From Aquificaceae bacterium (GTDB taxonomy: Bacteria > Aquificota > Aquificia > Aquificales > Aquificaceae), in assembly GCA_039630345.1 (NCBI GenBank), contig JBCNVD010000023.1, positions 1 to 15,522 on the forward strand: a DNA stretch of 15,522 nt. The letters run 5' to 3'. Position 1 is the stretch's first letter. The number at the start of each line of letters is the position of its first letter. A model generated the notes under the pieces. The model saw only the letters and a program-made list of their open reading frames with translations, did not search any database and was not told the origin of the DNA. Positions 1 through 8,563 of this stretch are shown piece after piece. A program made the translations under genes and the position numbers.

Positions 1-1119
1 TGCGTTCTTGGCAAAGGTGTGCTTGAAGGAGGCAGATCCAAATGCATGCGCTATGAAGAAATAGACAAAGCACCAGAAGAGAAAGAAAGAGGCATCACCA
101 TAAACATCACCCATGTTGAATACGAAACGCCCAAAAGACACTACGCACATGTAGATTGCCCCGGACACGCAGACTATATCAAAAACATGATCACAGGTGC
201 AGCACAGATGGACGGAGCAATCCTTGTTGTCTCTGCCCCGGATGGCCCTATGCCACAAACCAGAGAACACGTTCTTCTGGCAAGACAGGTTAATGTCCCT
301 TCGATAGTTGTGTTTCTCAATAAGTGTGATGTTATGGATGACGAAGAACTCCTTGAACTTGTCGAACTTGAAGTAAGAGAACTTCTCTCAAAGTATGAAT
401 TCCCAGGAGATGACGTGCCAGTAATAAGAGGCTCTGCACTTGGTGCCCTTCAAGAGCTTGATAGCGCAAAACCAGACAAATGGTGCAACTCAATCCTTGA
501 GCTTATGAAAGCCCTTGATGAATACATCCCTACCCCTCAAAGAGAAGTTGATAAACCATTCCTTATGCCCATTGAAGATGTCTTTACAATCTCTGGTCGT
601 GGAACTGTCGTTACTGGCAGAGTAGAAAGAGGCATGCTAAAACCAGGCGAAGAGGTAGAAATAGTTGGTCTAAAAGAAGAATCCATAAAAACAGTGGCAA
701 CCTCAATAGAGATGTTTAGAAAAATCCTTGATGAGGCACAGCCAGGAGACAACGTAGGCGTTTTGTTAAGAGGTGTTGGCAAAGACGACGTTGAAAGAGG
801 TCAGGTCCTTGCAAAGCCAGGCACAGTCAAACCACACAAACGCTTCAGGGCTCAGGTCTATATTCTAAGCAAAGAAGAAGGAGGTCGTCACACACCATTT
901 TTCGTAAACTACAGACCACAGTTCTACTTTAGAACCGCAGATGTCACAGGCACTGTCAGCAAACTCCCTGAAGGTCAGGAAATGGTAATGCCCGGAGACA
1001 ACGTAGAGTTTGAAGTAGAACTTGTCAAACCAATCGCAATGGAAGAACAGCTTCGCTTTGCCATCCGTGAAGGTGGCAAAACAGTTGGTGCAGGTGTTGT
1101 TGTAAAAATCATTGAGTGA
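1..1119 (+). CDS. tuf: Elongation factor Tu (5'-truncated by window; frame open from base 1)
   Basis: Frame 1 reads [77 protein letters not shown]. The N-terminal GHVDHGK P-loop lies upstream of the window, so the GTG at 19 is not the true start. Confidence 0.99.
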   Translation, partial: CVLGKGVLEGGRSKCMRYEEIDKAPEEKERGITINITHVEYETPKRHYAHVDCPGHADYIKNMITGAAQMDGAILVVSAPDGPMPQTREHVLLARQVNVPSIVVFLNKCDVMDDEELLELVELEVRELLSKYEFPGDDVPVIRGSALGALQELDSAKPDKWCNSILELMKALDEYIPTPQREVDKPFLMPIEDVFTISGRGTVVTGRVERGMLKPGEEVEIVGLKEESIKTVATSIEMFRKILDEAQPGDNVGVLLRGVGKDDVERGQVLAKPGTVKPHKRFRAQVYILSKEEGGRHTPFFVNYRPQFYFRTADVTGTVSKLPEGQEMVMPGDNVEFEVELVKPIAMEEQLRFAIREGGKTVGAGVVVKIIE

Positions 1120-1430
1120 TGGACGAACTTATTCGCATAAGACTAAGCTCATACGATTATAGGTTGCTGGACCAGTATACCCGCCAGATTATAGAGACTG
1201 TTAAGAGAACTGGCGGTGTTATAAAAGGTCCTATCCCATTGCCTACAAGGAGGAGAAGGTGGACGGTTCTGCGCTCACCTCACAAGTTTGACCAATCTCG
1301 CGAACAATTTGAAATAAGAGAACACAGAAGAATCCTTGATATAACAAGAGCAACGCCTCAAACGATTGAGGCGCTAAAGGATATGTCTTTGCCTGCCGGG
1401 GTTCATGTTGAGTTAAGGGTAGGAAGATGA
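1119..1430 (+). CDS. rpsJ: 30S ribosomal protein S10
   Basis: [33 protein letters not shown] motifs. ATG overlaps the tuf stop (TGATG); alternative GTG at 1116. Confidence 0.98.
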   Translation: MDELIRIRLSSYDYRLLDQYTRQIIETVKRTGGVIKGPIPLPTRRRRWTVLRSPHKFDQSREQFEIREHRRILDITRATPQTIEALKDMSLPAGVHVELRVGR

Positions 1431-2137
1431 GCAAGGGTTTAATAGCGATAAAATCCGGGATGACCAGAGTTTTTCTAAAAGACGGCACAGCAATACCTGT
1501 TTGCGTTCTTGAAGTGCCTCAGAATGTAGTGGTGCAATTAAAGACCGAGGAAAAAGACGGGTATAGAGCATTGCAAATTGGCGCCATAGAGGCAAAACAA
1601 AAACATCTAACAAAAGCCCAGATTGGGCATTTAAGAAAGCACTCTGTCGAAAAAGCTCTGAGCGCTTTGAAAGAATTCCCTACAGATGACTCGGTTCAAA
1701 TTGAGAGCGGAAAAGTCATCTCATTGCAGGAGGTGTTCTCCCCGGGAGAGCTTGTGGATGTAGTAGCCATCAGCAAGGGAAAAGGGTACGCAGGCACGAT
1801 GAAGCGCTGGGGATTTGGGGGCTTTCCTGGCTCTCATGGACATAGATATCATAGGGCTGTTGGTTCAATAGGTAACAGATCTGACCCAGGGCGCGTTTGG
1901 AAAAGCAAGCGTATGGCAGGTCATATGGGCTCAAAGACCGTAAGGGTGCAGGGGCTATATCTTGTGGATGTTTTGACTTCAGAAAACGCCCTTTTGGTAA
2001 AGGGTTCTGTTCCAGGGGCCACAGGAGGCACAGTTTTTGTTATGAAAAGTTCCATTGCCTCAAGGCGCTCTCAACAGCTTAAGCTAAAGAGGCTTCAGTT
2101 TATTAAGGAGGGTCTTGTGAAAGATGAAAACCCTTGA
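1427..2137 (+). CDS. rplC: 50S ribosomal protein L3
   Basis: [40 protein letters not shown] and VKGSVPG motifs; S10 operon position; ATGA overlap with rpsJ. Confidence 0.98.
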   Translation: MSKGLIAIKSGMTRVFLKDGTAIPVCVLEVPQNVVVQLKTEEKDGYRALQIGAIEAKQKHLTKAQIGHLRKHSVEKALSALKEFPTDDSVQIESGKVISLQEVFSPGELVDVVAISKGKGYAGTMKRWGFGGFPGSHGHRYHRAVGSIGNRSDPGRVWKSKRMAGHMGSKTVRVQGLYLVDVLTSENALLVKGSVPGATGGTVFVMKSSIASRRSQQLKLKRLQFIKEGLVKDENP

Positions 2138-2714
2138 GCTTGAAGAGGGCGTTTTTAACGAGGAGATAAGAAAAGATATCCTATGGCAAGTTGTTAGATG
2201 GCAACTTGCAAGAAAGCATAGAGGTACCCATAGCACCAAAACGCGTGCAGAGGTTAGCTACAGCTCAAGGAAAATCCTGCCCCAGAAAGGCACAGGTAAT
2301 GCAAGGCATGGAGATAGGGGAGCAAATATATTTGTCGGAGGCGGGGTAGCACATGGACCAAGACCCAGGTCTCATGAGTATAGCCTTCCTAAAAAGTTTA
2401 GAAGACTTGGGGTAAAGATAGCTCTATCTTATCACGCGAAGCGTGGCTCTTTTTATTTAATTGATAATTTAGACCTTGGAGAAGTACCAAAGACAAAACT
2501 CGGGATAGAGCGCCTAAGAGAGCTCGGGGTCTATAATTCAAAGTGTTTGATTTTGATAAGTGAGAGGGATTTTGTTATAGAGCGCACTTTCAGGAACTTA
2601 AAAAACGTGAAGGTTTTACCGATTGAAGGATTGAATGTTTATGACATTCTTTGGGCTCAGGCTTTGATAGTTTTAGAGAGTGCTTATAAGCTTTTAAAGG
2701 AGAGGTTTTCATGA
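2124..2714 (+). CDS. rplD: 50S ribosomal protein L4
   Basis: GTHSTKTRAEV, PQKGTGNARHG, GGGVAHGPRPR, FRNL and LNVYDIL motifs; SD AAGGAGG at about 2105-2111. Confidence 0.98.
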   Translation: MKTLELEEGVFNEEIRKDILWQVVRWQLARKHRGTHSTKTRAEVSYSSRKILPQKGTGNARHGDRGANIFVGGGVAHGPRPRSHEYSLPKKFRRLGVKIALSYHAKRGSFYLIDNLDLGEVPKTKLGIERLRELGVYNSKCLILISERDFVIERTFRNLKNVKVLPIEGLNVYDILWAQALIVLESAYKLLKERFS

Positions 2715-3007
2715 GAAAGCCCCACGAGGTTTTGATAAGGCCTATACTAACTGAGAAGAGTAACAGGTTGATGGAAGACCATAAGAAATACTCGTTTGAA
2801 GTTGCTAGCGATGCAAACAAACACGAGATAAAGTATGCGGTCGAGACATTTTTTAATGTTAAAGTTGATAATGTTCGCACGATGAATGTTAAACCCCGCA
2901 AAAAAAGAACCATAGGCAAGATAAGAAGGTATGGCTACACCAGAGAATATAAAAAAGCCATAGTTACGCTAAAAGAAGGCTATGAAATAAATCTGGCAGG
3001 GCTTTGA
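2711..3007 (+). CDS. rplW: 50S ribosomal protein L23
   Basis: PILTEKS, YSFEV..ANK.EIK.AVE..FNVKV..V.TMN and YKKAIVTL motifs; operon order. Confidence 0.98.
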   Translation: MRKPHEVLIRPILTEKSNRLMEDHKKYSFEVASDANKHEIKYAVETFFNVKVDNVRTMNVKPRKKRTIGKIRRYGYTREYKKAIVTLKEGYEINLAGL

Positions 3008-3008
3008 T

Positions 3009-3890
3009 ATGAGTGTCAGAAAGTTAAAACCAACAACAAATGGTCAAAGGCATGCAATTATTGACGGTTTTGCCCAAATTACGCGCTCAGAGCCTGAAAA
3101 GGGACTTTTGATAAAGTGGCAAAGGGCCAAGGGGCGCTCAAGACAGCAAGGAAAAATAACCTCAAGAGGCAGAGGCGGCGGACACAAAAGAAGGTACAGG
3201 TTAATAGATTTTAGGAGAGATAAAAGCCTTGTTCCTGCTAAGGTTGCAAGTATCGAATACGACCCAAACAGGTCTGCCAGGATAGCCCTGCTTCATTATC
3301 AGGATGGTGAAAAGCGCTATATCCTGTGGCCTGAAGGTCTGGAAGTTGGGAGCAAGGTTATGTCAATTTCTTACGAGGATGCCACTGCCGGTAAGCCCCT
3401 GCCGGATATAAAACCCGGGAACGCTATGCCTCTTAAATTCATACCTGTTGGGACTTTTGTTCATAATATTGAGTTAAGCCCCGGCAAGGGAGGTCAGATA
3501 GCAAGAGCTGCAGGTATGTCTGCTCAGATTCTTGGCAGAGTGGGCACTTATGCCCAGATAAGAATGCCTTCAGGGGAGATAAGACTTGTGCACGAAAGAT
3601 GCATGGCAACCGTTGGCGTGGTAGGATTTGCAGAGCACGAGCTTATAAAACTTGGCAAGGCAGGACGTTCAAGATGGAAGGGTTTAAGACCCATAGTTAG
3701 AGGAACGGCGACAAACCCGGTTGATCACCCGCACGGAGGCGGTGAGGGTAAAACCAAAGGTAAGCACCCAGAATCTCCTTGGGGTTGGAAGACCAAAGGA
3801 TACAAAACAAGGCGCGGTTCAAAACGTTCGGATAGGTTCATCATAGTAAGCAGAAAAGGCAAACCTCTCAAGAAGGGAGGTATTAAATAA
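3009..3890 (+). CDS. rplB: 50S ribosomal protein L2
   Basis: [41 protein letters not shown] and [12 protein letters not shown] motifs. Confidence 0.99.
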   Translation: MSVRKLKPTTNGQRHAIIDGFAQITRSEPEKGLLIKWQRAKGRSRQQGKITSRGRGGGHKRRYRLIDFRRDKSLVPAKVASIEYDPNRSARIALLHYQDGEKRYILWPEGLEVGSKVMSISYEDATAGKPLPDIKPGNAMPLKFIPVGTFVHNIELSPGKGGQIARAAGMSAQILGRVGTYAQIRMPSGEIRLVHERCMATVGVVGFAEHELIKLGKAGRSRWKGLRPIVRGTATNPVDHPHGGGEGKTKGKHPESPWGWKTKGYKTRRGSKRSDRFIIVSRKGKPLKKGGIK

Positions 3891-4345
3891 TGGGCTATAA
3901 AGGCTCCTGGAATAAGCGCTCAAGACTTATTCAAAATCCTGAAGAATTTCTAAAAGCCTATAAAAAAGCTCTAAAATCCTATAAAAGGGTAAGACGGGTT
4001 ATGCGAATCCCCGGGTTGTATGAAAAAGCCTATGAACGCTATCAGCAACTGTGGCAGGAAGTGAGAAAAATCACAGACAAAAAGGCATGGGTTAATCCAA
4101 AACTCTGGGTCAGGATAAAGAAACTCAACGAAACTGGAGACAGAAAGGTTATAAAAACCTATTCACGAAGCAGCACAATAATTCCAGAGTTCGTGGGTCA
4201 CACAATAGCTGTTCACAACGGCAAGACTTTTGTGCCTGTTTACATAACCTCTGAGATGGTGGGTCATAAACTTGGTGAATTTGCCCCAACAAGAGTTTTT
4301 AAAGGGCATCCGGATAAGTCTGCAAAAGCAGTGAAGAAAAAGTGA
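3890..4345 (+). CDS. rpsS: 30S ribosomal protein S19 with ~58-aa N-terminal extension
   Basis: C-terminal S19 core [25 protein letters not shown]...[13 protein letters not shown]; strong SD (GGGAGGT) and TAATG overlap with rplB support the long start. Confidence 0.97.
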   Translation: MGYKGSWNKRSRLIQNPEEFLKAYKKALKSYKRVRRVMRIPGLYEKAYERYQQLWQEVRKITDKKAWVNPKLWVRIKKLNETGDRKVIKTYSRSSTIIPEFVGHTIAVHNGKTFVPVYITSEMVGHKLGEFAPTRVFKGHPDKSAKAVKKK

Positions 4346-4354
4346 GGTAAAAAA

Positions 4355-4729
4355 ATGTCGCAGGCAAGGGCAGTTTTGAGATATGCAAGGATATCGCCGA
4401 CCAAGGCAAGGCAGGTTTTGAGGTTAATATCTGGAAAGCGTGCAGATAAGGCGCTTTATCAATTAAAAGTTACCAATAAAAAAGCAAGCGCGATAATCTA
4501 CAGGTTATTAATGAGCGCTCTTTCGAATGCGGAGCAAAAGGGTATGGAACTTGGGAAGCTCTACATAGTCAAGGCTGTCGCTGACGAAGGGCCAAAGTTT
4601 AAAAAATACATGCCAAGAGCACACGGCAGAGCAACGCCTATGCTTAAAAGAACCAGTCATATAACTTTAGTCCTTGAACAGATGGAGGATAGCTTAGATG
4701 GGTCAAAAGACGCATCCAACGGGCTTTAG
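4355..4729 (+). CDS. rplV: 50S ribosomal protein L22
   Basis: [17 protein letters not shown]...PRAHGRA....KRTSHIT motifs; SD GAGGT upstream. Confidence 0.98.
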   Translation: MSQARAVLRYARISPTKARQVLRLISGKRADKALYQLKVTNKKASAIIYRLLMSALSNAEQKGMELGKLYIVKAVADEGPKFKKYMPRAHGRATPMLKRTSHITLVLEQMEDSLDGSKDASNGL

Positions 4730-5393
4730 AGTAGGGATTATAAAAGATTGGAGCTCCAGGTGGTATATACCGAAAAAAGAATATGTTCAGTTTTTACACG
4801 AAGATCTAAATATCAGAAATTTTATAAAGCAAAGATACTCAGCAGCTGGTATATCAAAGGTTATTCTGGAGAGGCTCTCTGACAATGTAAAAGTGAGGAT
4901 ATTTGCCTCTCGCCCAGGGATCATCATAGGCAGAAAGGGTGCAGAGGTTGACCTTCTTAAAAAATCCATAGAGAGACTCGCACCCGGCAAAAACATCAAT
5001 GTATCTGTGGACGAAGTAAGGGTTCCCGAAATGGATGCTCAGTTAGTGGCTGAAGAGATAGCACTTCAGATAGAGAGAAGGGTCTCTCACAGGCGTGCAA
5101 TGAAAAGGGCCATAGACAATGCCTTTAAGGCAGGAGCAAAAGGGGTTAAAGTCCAGGTAAAGGGAAGAATAGGGGGTGCAGAGCTTGCCAGAGCTGAGTG
5201 GTTTTTAGTAGGCAGGATGCCCCTGCAGACCCTTAGAGCTGACATAGATTATGGATACGCAGTCGCGCAGACAAAGTATGGTAATTTGGGTGTAAAGGTC
5301 TGGATTTACAAAGGCGAGATTCTAAAAGGCGGTAAAGAGGAGATCGTTAAGAAGATAGAGGAAGATCTGAAAAAAGCCGAGAAGGAGGTCTAG
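4698..5393 (+). CDS. rpsC: 30S ribosomal protein S3
   Basis: MGQKTHP.GFR.G, RPG.IIG.KG (KH domain), [23 protein letters not shown] and [10 protein letters not shown] motifs. Confidence 0.99.
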   Translation: MGQKTHPTGFRVGIIKDWSSRWYIPKKEYVQFLHEDLNIRNFIKQRYSAAGISKVILERLSDNVKVRIFASRPGIIIGRKGAEVDLLKKSIERLAPGKNINVSVDEVRVPEMDAQLVAEEIALQIERRVSHRRAMKRAIDNAFKAGAKGVKVQVKGRIGGAELARAEWFLVGRMPLQTLRADIDYGYAVAQTKYGNLGVKVWIYKGEILKGGKEEIVKKIEEDLKKAEKEV

Positions 5394-5395
5394 AT

Positions 5396-5821
5396 ATGTC
5401 CTTTCTTAGTCCAAAGAGAACAAAATTTAGAAAATCCCAGCGCGGTAGTCTCAAGGGGATGGCAAACAGGGGCAATAGGGTATCTTTTGGAGAATACGGA
5501 ATCCAGGCTCTGGAGTCTTGCTGGCTAACTCAGCGTCAGATTGAAGCCGGAAGAGTTGCACTTGTTAGAGCCTTGAGGAAAGGTGCAAAAATATGGATAC
5601 AGGTATTCCCGGATAAGCCATATACCAAAAAACCCAATGAAGTTAGAATGGGTGGAGGAAAAGGAGACCCTGAGAGTTTTGTGGCCGTAATTAGACCGGG
5701 TAGAATCATCTATGAATTCTCCGGCGTTTCAGAAGAGGTTGCAGAAACTGCATATGAGCTAGTTAGCGCTAAACTGCCCATTAAGGTAAGACTCGTAAAA
5801 GCAGGGAGGTTAAGCCTGTGA
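5396..5821 (+). CDS. rplP: 50S ribosomal protein L16
   Basis: [34 protein letters not shown] and KLPIK motifs; SD AAGGAGG upstream. Confidence 0.99.
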   Translation: MSFLSPKRTKFRKSQRGSLKGMANRGNRVSFGEYGIQALESCWLTQRQIEAGRVALVRALRKGAKIWIQVFPDKPYTKKPNEVRMGGGKGDPESFVAVIRPGRIIYEFSGVSEEVAETAYELVSAKLPIKVRLVKAGRLSL

Positions 5822-6015
5822 GTGCAAAAGAGCTTGGAAAATTATCTATCAAAGACCTTTTGAAAAAAGAACAGGAGCTTAGAAAAGAACTCCTGACTCT
5901 CAGGATAAAAAAGAGGGTGGAAGGTTTAAAAGACATCAATCAGATAAGAAAAACCAGAAGAGAGATTGCCAGGGTTTTGACGATTTTGCGCCAAAAGGAG
6001 CTTAAAGGTGAATAG
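5818..6015 (+). CDS. rpmC: 50S ribosomal protein L29 (GTG start)
   Basis: 65 aa, helical, LRKELL.LR ... [12 protein letters not shown]; located between rplP and rpsQ; SD GGGAGG. Confidence 0.95.
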   Translation: MSAKELGKLSIKDLLKKEQELRKELLTLRIKKRVEGLKDINQIRKTRREIARVLTILRQKELKGE

Positions 6016-6277
6016 AAAAAAAGAGTTTGTGGGAACGGTAGTTAGTGCAAAGATGCAAAAGACCGTGGTGGTCAGAGTAGATAGAAAAGTAGCCCATCCA
6101 GTTTATAAAAAGCACATAGTCAAAAGCAAGCGCTACCATGCCCATGATGCTTCTGGATTATGCTCTGAGGGCGATGTTGTTTTAATTAGAGAGACAAGGC
6201 CAATTTCAAAAACCAAAAGGTGGGCTGTCGTTAAGGTTCTTCAGAGGGCAAAATCGCCAGTAGCTCAGGAAGAATGA
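6008..6277 (+). CDS. rpsQ: 30S ribosomal protein S17 (GTG start)
   Basis: [37 protein letters not shown] motifs; SD AAGGAG upstream. Confidence 0.98.
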   Translation: MNRKKEFVGTVVSAKMQKTVVVRVDRKVAHPVYKKHIVKSKRYHAHDASGLCSEGDVVLIRETRPISKTKRWAVVKVLQRAKSPVAQEE

Positions 6278-6867
6278 AGGTCTTAATAGTAGGTGCAGGT
6301 GCAAGCGGGCTGTCGTGCGCAGTTTGTCTCCTGTCGTCAAAGGGTAGGGGATTTGACTGGGCTGAAGAGATAGAGGTTTTGATAGTAGACAGTGGGCGCT
6401 CGGATTTAAATAGAGCCCTGATAAAGAATGCCCCCGGTATTGAGCCAATTAAAGGCACAGAAATCTTAGAAAAGACCAAAAATCAGGTTAAAGCCCTCGG
6501 GGGGGAGATAATCACAGGCAAGGTTAAAAAAATAACCAGAGAAGAAGATAAGTTTTTTGCACTTTTGGAGGATAATCAGGAGATATTATCAGACTTTGTA
6601 GTTCTTGCATCCGGTTTTCACAGGTTTGATATAGATGGTTTAGATATTGAACTTGTTGAAAATCCAATGTCACCAAAGCCGGGCAGGGTTATGATAAAGC
6701 ACGATAACTTTTTAGTGTCTAATAGGCTCTATGTAGCAGGTACGCTTGCGGGCATTTCTTCGCACTATACATCTTGTGCTGGCTCTGGCTTTGAAGTCGC
6801 CTCATTGATAATGAAAGAACTGGCAGGCAAGCCAGTTGTTATTCACGATGTGATTGAAGAATCTTGA
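6274..6867 (+). CDS. FAD-dependent pyridine nucleotide-disulfide oxidoreductase family protein (short thioredoxin-reductase-related, FAD domain only)
   Basis: N-terminal [11 protein letters not shown]ossmann motif, N.PG, VVLASG and a C-terminal LYVAG...AG.G segment. No second GxG motif and no catalytic CxxC; 197 aa. Confidence 0.85.
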   Translation: MKVLIVGAGASGLSCAVCLLSSKGRGFDWAEEIEVLIVDSGRSDLNRALIKNAPGIEPIKGTEILEKTKNQVKALGGEIITGKVKKITREEDKFFALLEDNQEILSDFVVLASGFHRFDIDGLDIELVENPMSPKPGRVMIKHDNFLVSNRLYVAGTLAGISSHYTSCAGSGFEVASLIMKELAGKPVVIHDVIEES

Positions 6868-7709
6868 AATGGATAATTGGATCTTTAATAACTGCTGTTT
6901 TTATCTATTTTGTAATCTCGAGCGGAATCCTTGATGATATTTTAAACGCTTTAAAGAGCGTCGATCAATCCCGGCTTTTAGCGGGTTTTTTGTTATATCT
7001 TGCAAGTCAAATTGCCAGAGCTCTAAGGTGGTGGCTTTTGCTAAGCGTTCGCTTTGACTGGGTTTTGTGTGTAAGTTTTGTAAATGTTATGCTTAATAAT
7101 TTACTGCCTGCAAGGATTGGGGAGCTAAGCTGGTTTTATTTTGCTAAAAAAGCAAAAATAGAGTTAAGTGCTAGTTTGTGGGTGTTTTTTATTGCAAGGG
7201 GATTTGACCTTCTGTCGGTCGTTTTTTTTGTGCTTGTAGTTTTTGAAAAGGAATTTTTTAGTATGGCTTTGCTGGTTTTTAGTCTTGTAGTTTTTGTTTT
7301 TATTAAAAAATTGCGCGTAAGCGCGCTTGAGTTCTTAAGAAAAATAAGTCTAAAGACGTATATAGGGGTCTTTGTTCTGTCAGTGGCCTCTTTGTTGCTA
7401 AAGTTTATAGGCTTTGTTTTGGTTTTTAACCTATGGCTGGAATTTAAAGAAGCGTCTATGTCCTTTGTAGGTGGAGAGCTTAGCTCTATCTTGCCCTTTC
7501 ATGGGCTTATGGGAATTGGGACCTTTGAGGCGGGTTTTGCCCTACCTGCAGCTGTTAGAGGTCAGGAAGCTCTAAGGTGGCTTAGCATAGGCTCTGCTTA
7601 TCATTTTATTTTGCTATCTTTTAGTCTGTTTTTGGGCCTTGTGGGGGCTTTGTATTTAAGGAAGCTCGATGTCAGTTATAATGTAGGTTCGGCTAACGCC
7701 AAGTATTGA
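6864..7709 (+). CDS. Lysylphosphatidylglycerol-synthase TM-domain / UPF0104 flippase-like membrane protein (TTG start)
   Basis: Multi-pass hydrophobic protein with family motifs RALRW, NNLLPARIGE, R.FD and LP..G..G.G.FE; TTGA overlap with the upstream gene. Confidence 0.8.
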   Translation: MKWIIGSLITAVFIYFVISSGILDDILNALKSVDQSRLLAGFLLYLASQIARALRWWLLLSVRFDWVLCVSFVNVMLNNLLPARIGELSWFYFAKKAKIELSASLWVFFIARGFDLLSVVFFVLVVFEKEFFSMALLVFSLVVFVFIKKLRVSALEFLRKISLKTYIGVFVLSVASLLLKFIGFVLVFNLWLEFKEASMSFVGGELSSILPFHGLMGIGTFEAGFALPAAVRGQEALRWLSIGSAYHFILLSFSLFLGLVGALYLRKLDVSYNVGSANAKY

Positions 7710-8300
7710 GCCTGCTGGCCAGACATTGTTGATTATTTTCTTAAATGCTTCTTTTTTTCTCTCAGAGGTGAAGAAAAACACAACAACACAGGAAGAAGAT
7801 AGGTATTTATCCGTCAAAGAAACCCTCAAAAGCCCGTCAGGCGACTTGCTTAAGCAAACTCTATCAGTCACTAAGGTGATTTTTTCAAAAAGTGATGCTG
7901 TGTGTCCATCCTCTCCAAGACCAAGGAGAGCAATATCCAAATTTTCAGGCAGCTGTGCGCTATAATCCATGGCGCACTCCTCAGGCTCAAGCTCCGTTTT
8001 GAAAAAGCGTATTTTAGCTCTATGTCCCAGGGTTTCTCTGATGGATCTATAATTACTAAGCTCTGAATCGATGCTTACATACCTCTCATCGCCTAAGTAA
8101 AAATAGACCCTCTCCCAGCGAAGGTCTGTAGATGAAAGAGTTCTATATAGCTCCAGAGGGGTCTTTCCGCCTGCTAGGGCTATATGGCATGTTTGTTTTT
8201 TGCTTAGATTTAAGCTAATTAATCTCTTTAGAAGATTTAAAGCTCTAAGATGAGGGGTTTTGGAAACTATGATGTTTCGCCTATCGAGTCTTATGAGCAT
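7656..8300 (-). CDS. pgl: 6-phosphogluconolactonase
   Basis: IALAGGKTP..LY, GDERYV....SNY and D..LLGLGEDGHTASLF motifs, typical of the DevB/Pgl family. Confidence 0.92.
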   Translation of the reverse strand: MLIRLDRRNIIVSKTPHLRALNLLKRLISLNLSKKQTCHIALAGGKTPLELYRTLSSTDLRWERVYFYLGDERYVSIDSELSNYRSIRETLGHRAKIRFFKTELEPEECAMDYSAQLPENLDIALLGLGEDGHTASLFEKITLVTDRVCLSKSPDGLLRVSLTDKYLSSSCVVVFFFTSERKKEAFKKIINNVWPAGSILGVSRTYIITDIELP

Positions 8301-8302
8301 CC

Positions 8303-8563
8303 TTAGCTATATCCAAACATAAGATCAAGAATGGCTGGTTCTATTCTAAATTCCCACTCTTTATAATCTTCTTCTCTATCGAGAATGCTAAGATAGCCTT
8401 CTTTTTCAAAATAGAGCAAAATCTTTGCAAGGTTGGCAAGTCCGCAAATCTTGGCACTTTGAAGGTTGGCTATTTTAACAACCGGCTGCGGCGTATTGGC
8501 TTCTTTGAATATCTTTAGCAGCTCGTCTCTTACTGCAAAGTTAAGCGCTTCAAGGTCGCACAT
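8303..8563 (-). CDS. Small hypothetical protein (86 aa), possibly winged-helix-like
   Basis: Good SD (GGAGG, 6 nt before ATG); fills the gap between murE (14-nt overlap) and pgl (2-nt gap) exactly; normal composition. Confidence 0.8.
   Translation of the reverse strand: MCDLEALNFAVRDELLKIFKEANTPQPVVKIANLQSAKICGLANLAKILLYFEKEGYLSILDREEDYKEWEFRIEPAILDLMFGYS

Noticed and set aside
19..21. GTG start for tuf given in the ORF track
   Set aside because: The frame is open from base 1 and the P-loop is missing, so the real start is upstream of the window; not a truncated pseudogene.
1049..1057. AGCTTCGCT (reverse GCGAAGC core) in tuf and other short palindromes (5763 TTAGCGCTAA, 7043 AAGCGTTCGCTT)
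   Set aside because: Stems are short or loops differ from the repeat core; compatible with chance, so not counted as family members.
537..6479. Short antisense or alternate-frame ORFs over tuf and the ribosomal genes (537-782, 1243-1488, 1413-1613, 1897-2082, 2590-2919, 4787-4999, 6206-6448, 6231-6479)
   Set aside because: They lie entirely over well-conserved genes, show no recognisable motifs and are the expected shadow ORFs.
7222..7296. T8 tract and 13-bp direct repeat CTTGTAGTTTTTG (7233, 7284) in the flippase-like gene as a phase-variation or duplication signal
   Set aside because: Both copies encode in-frame LVVF in low-complexity Phe/Val/Leu-rich TM helices; the frame is intact and composition explains it.
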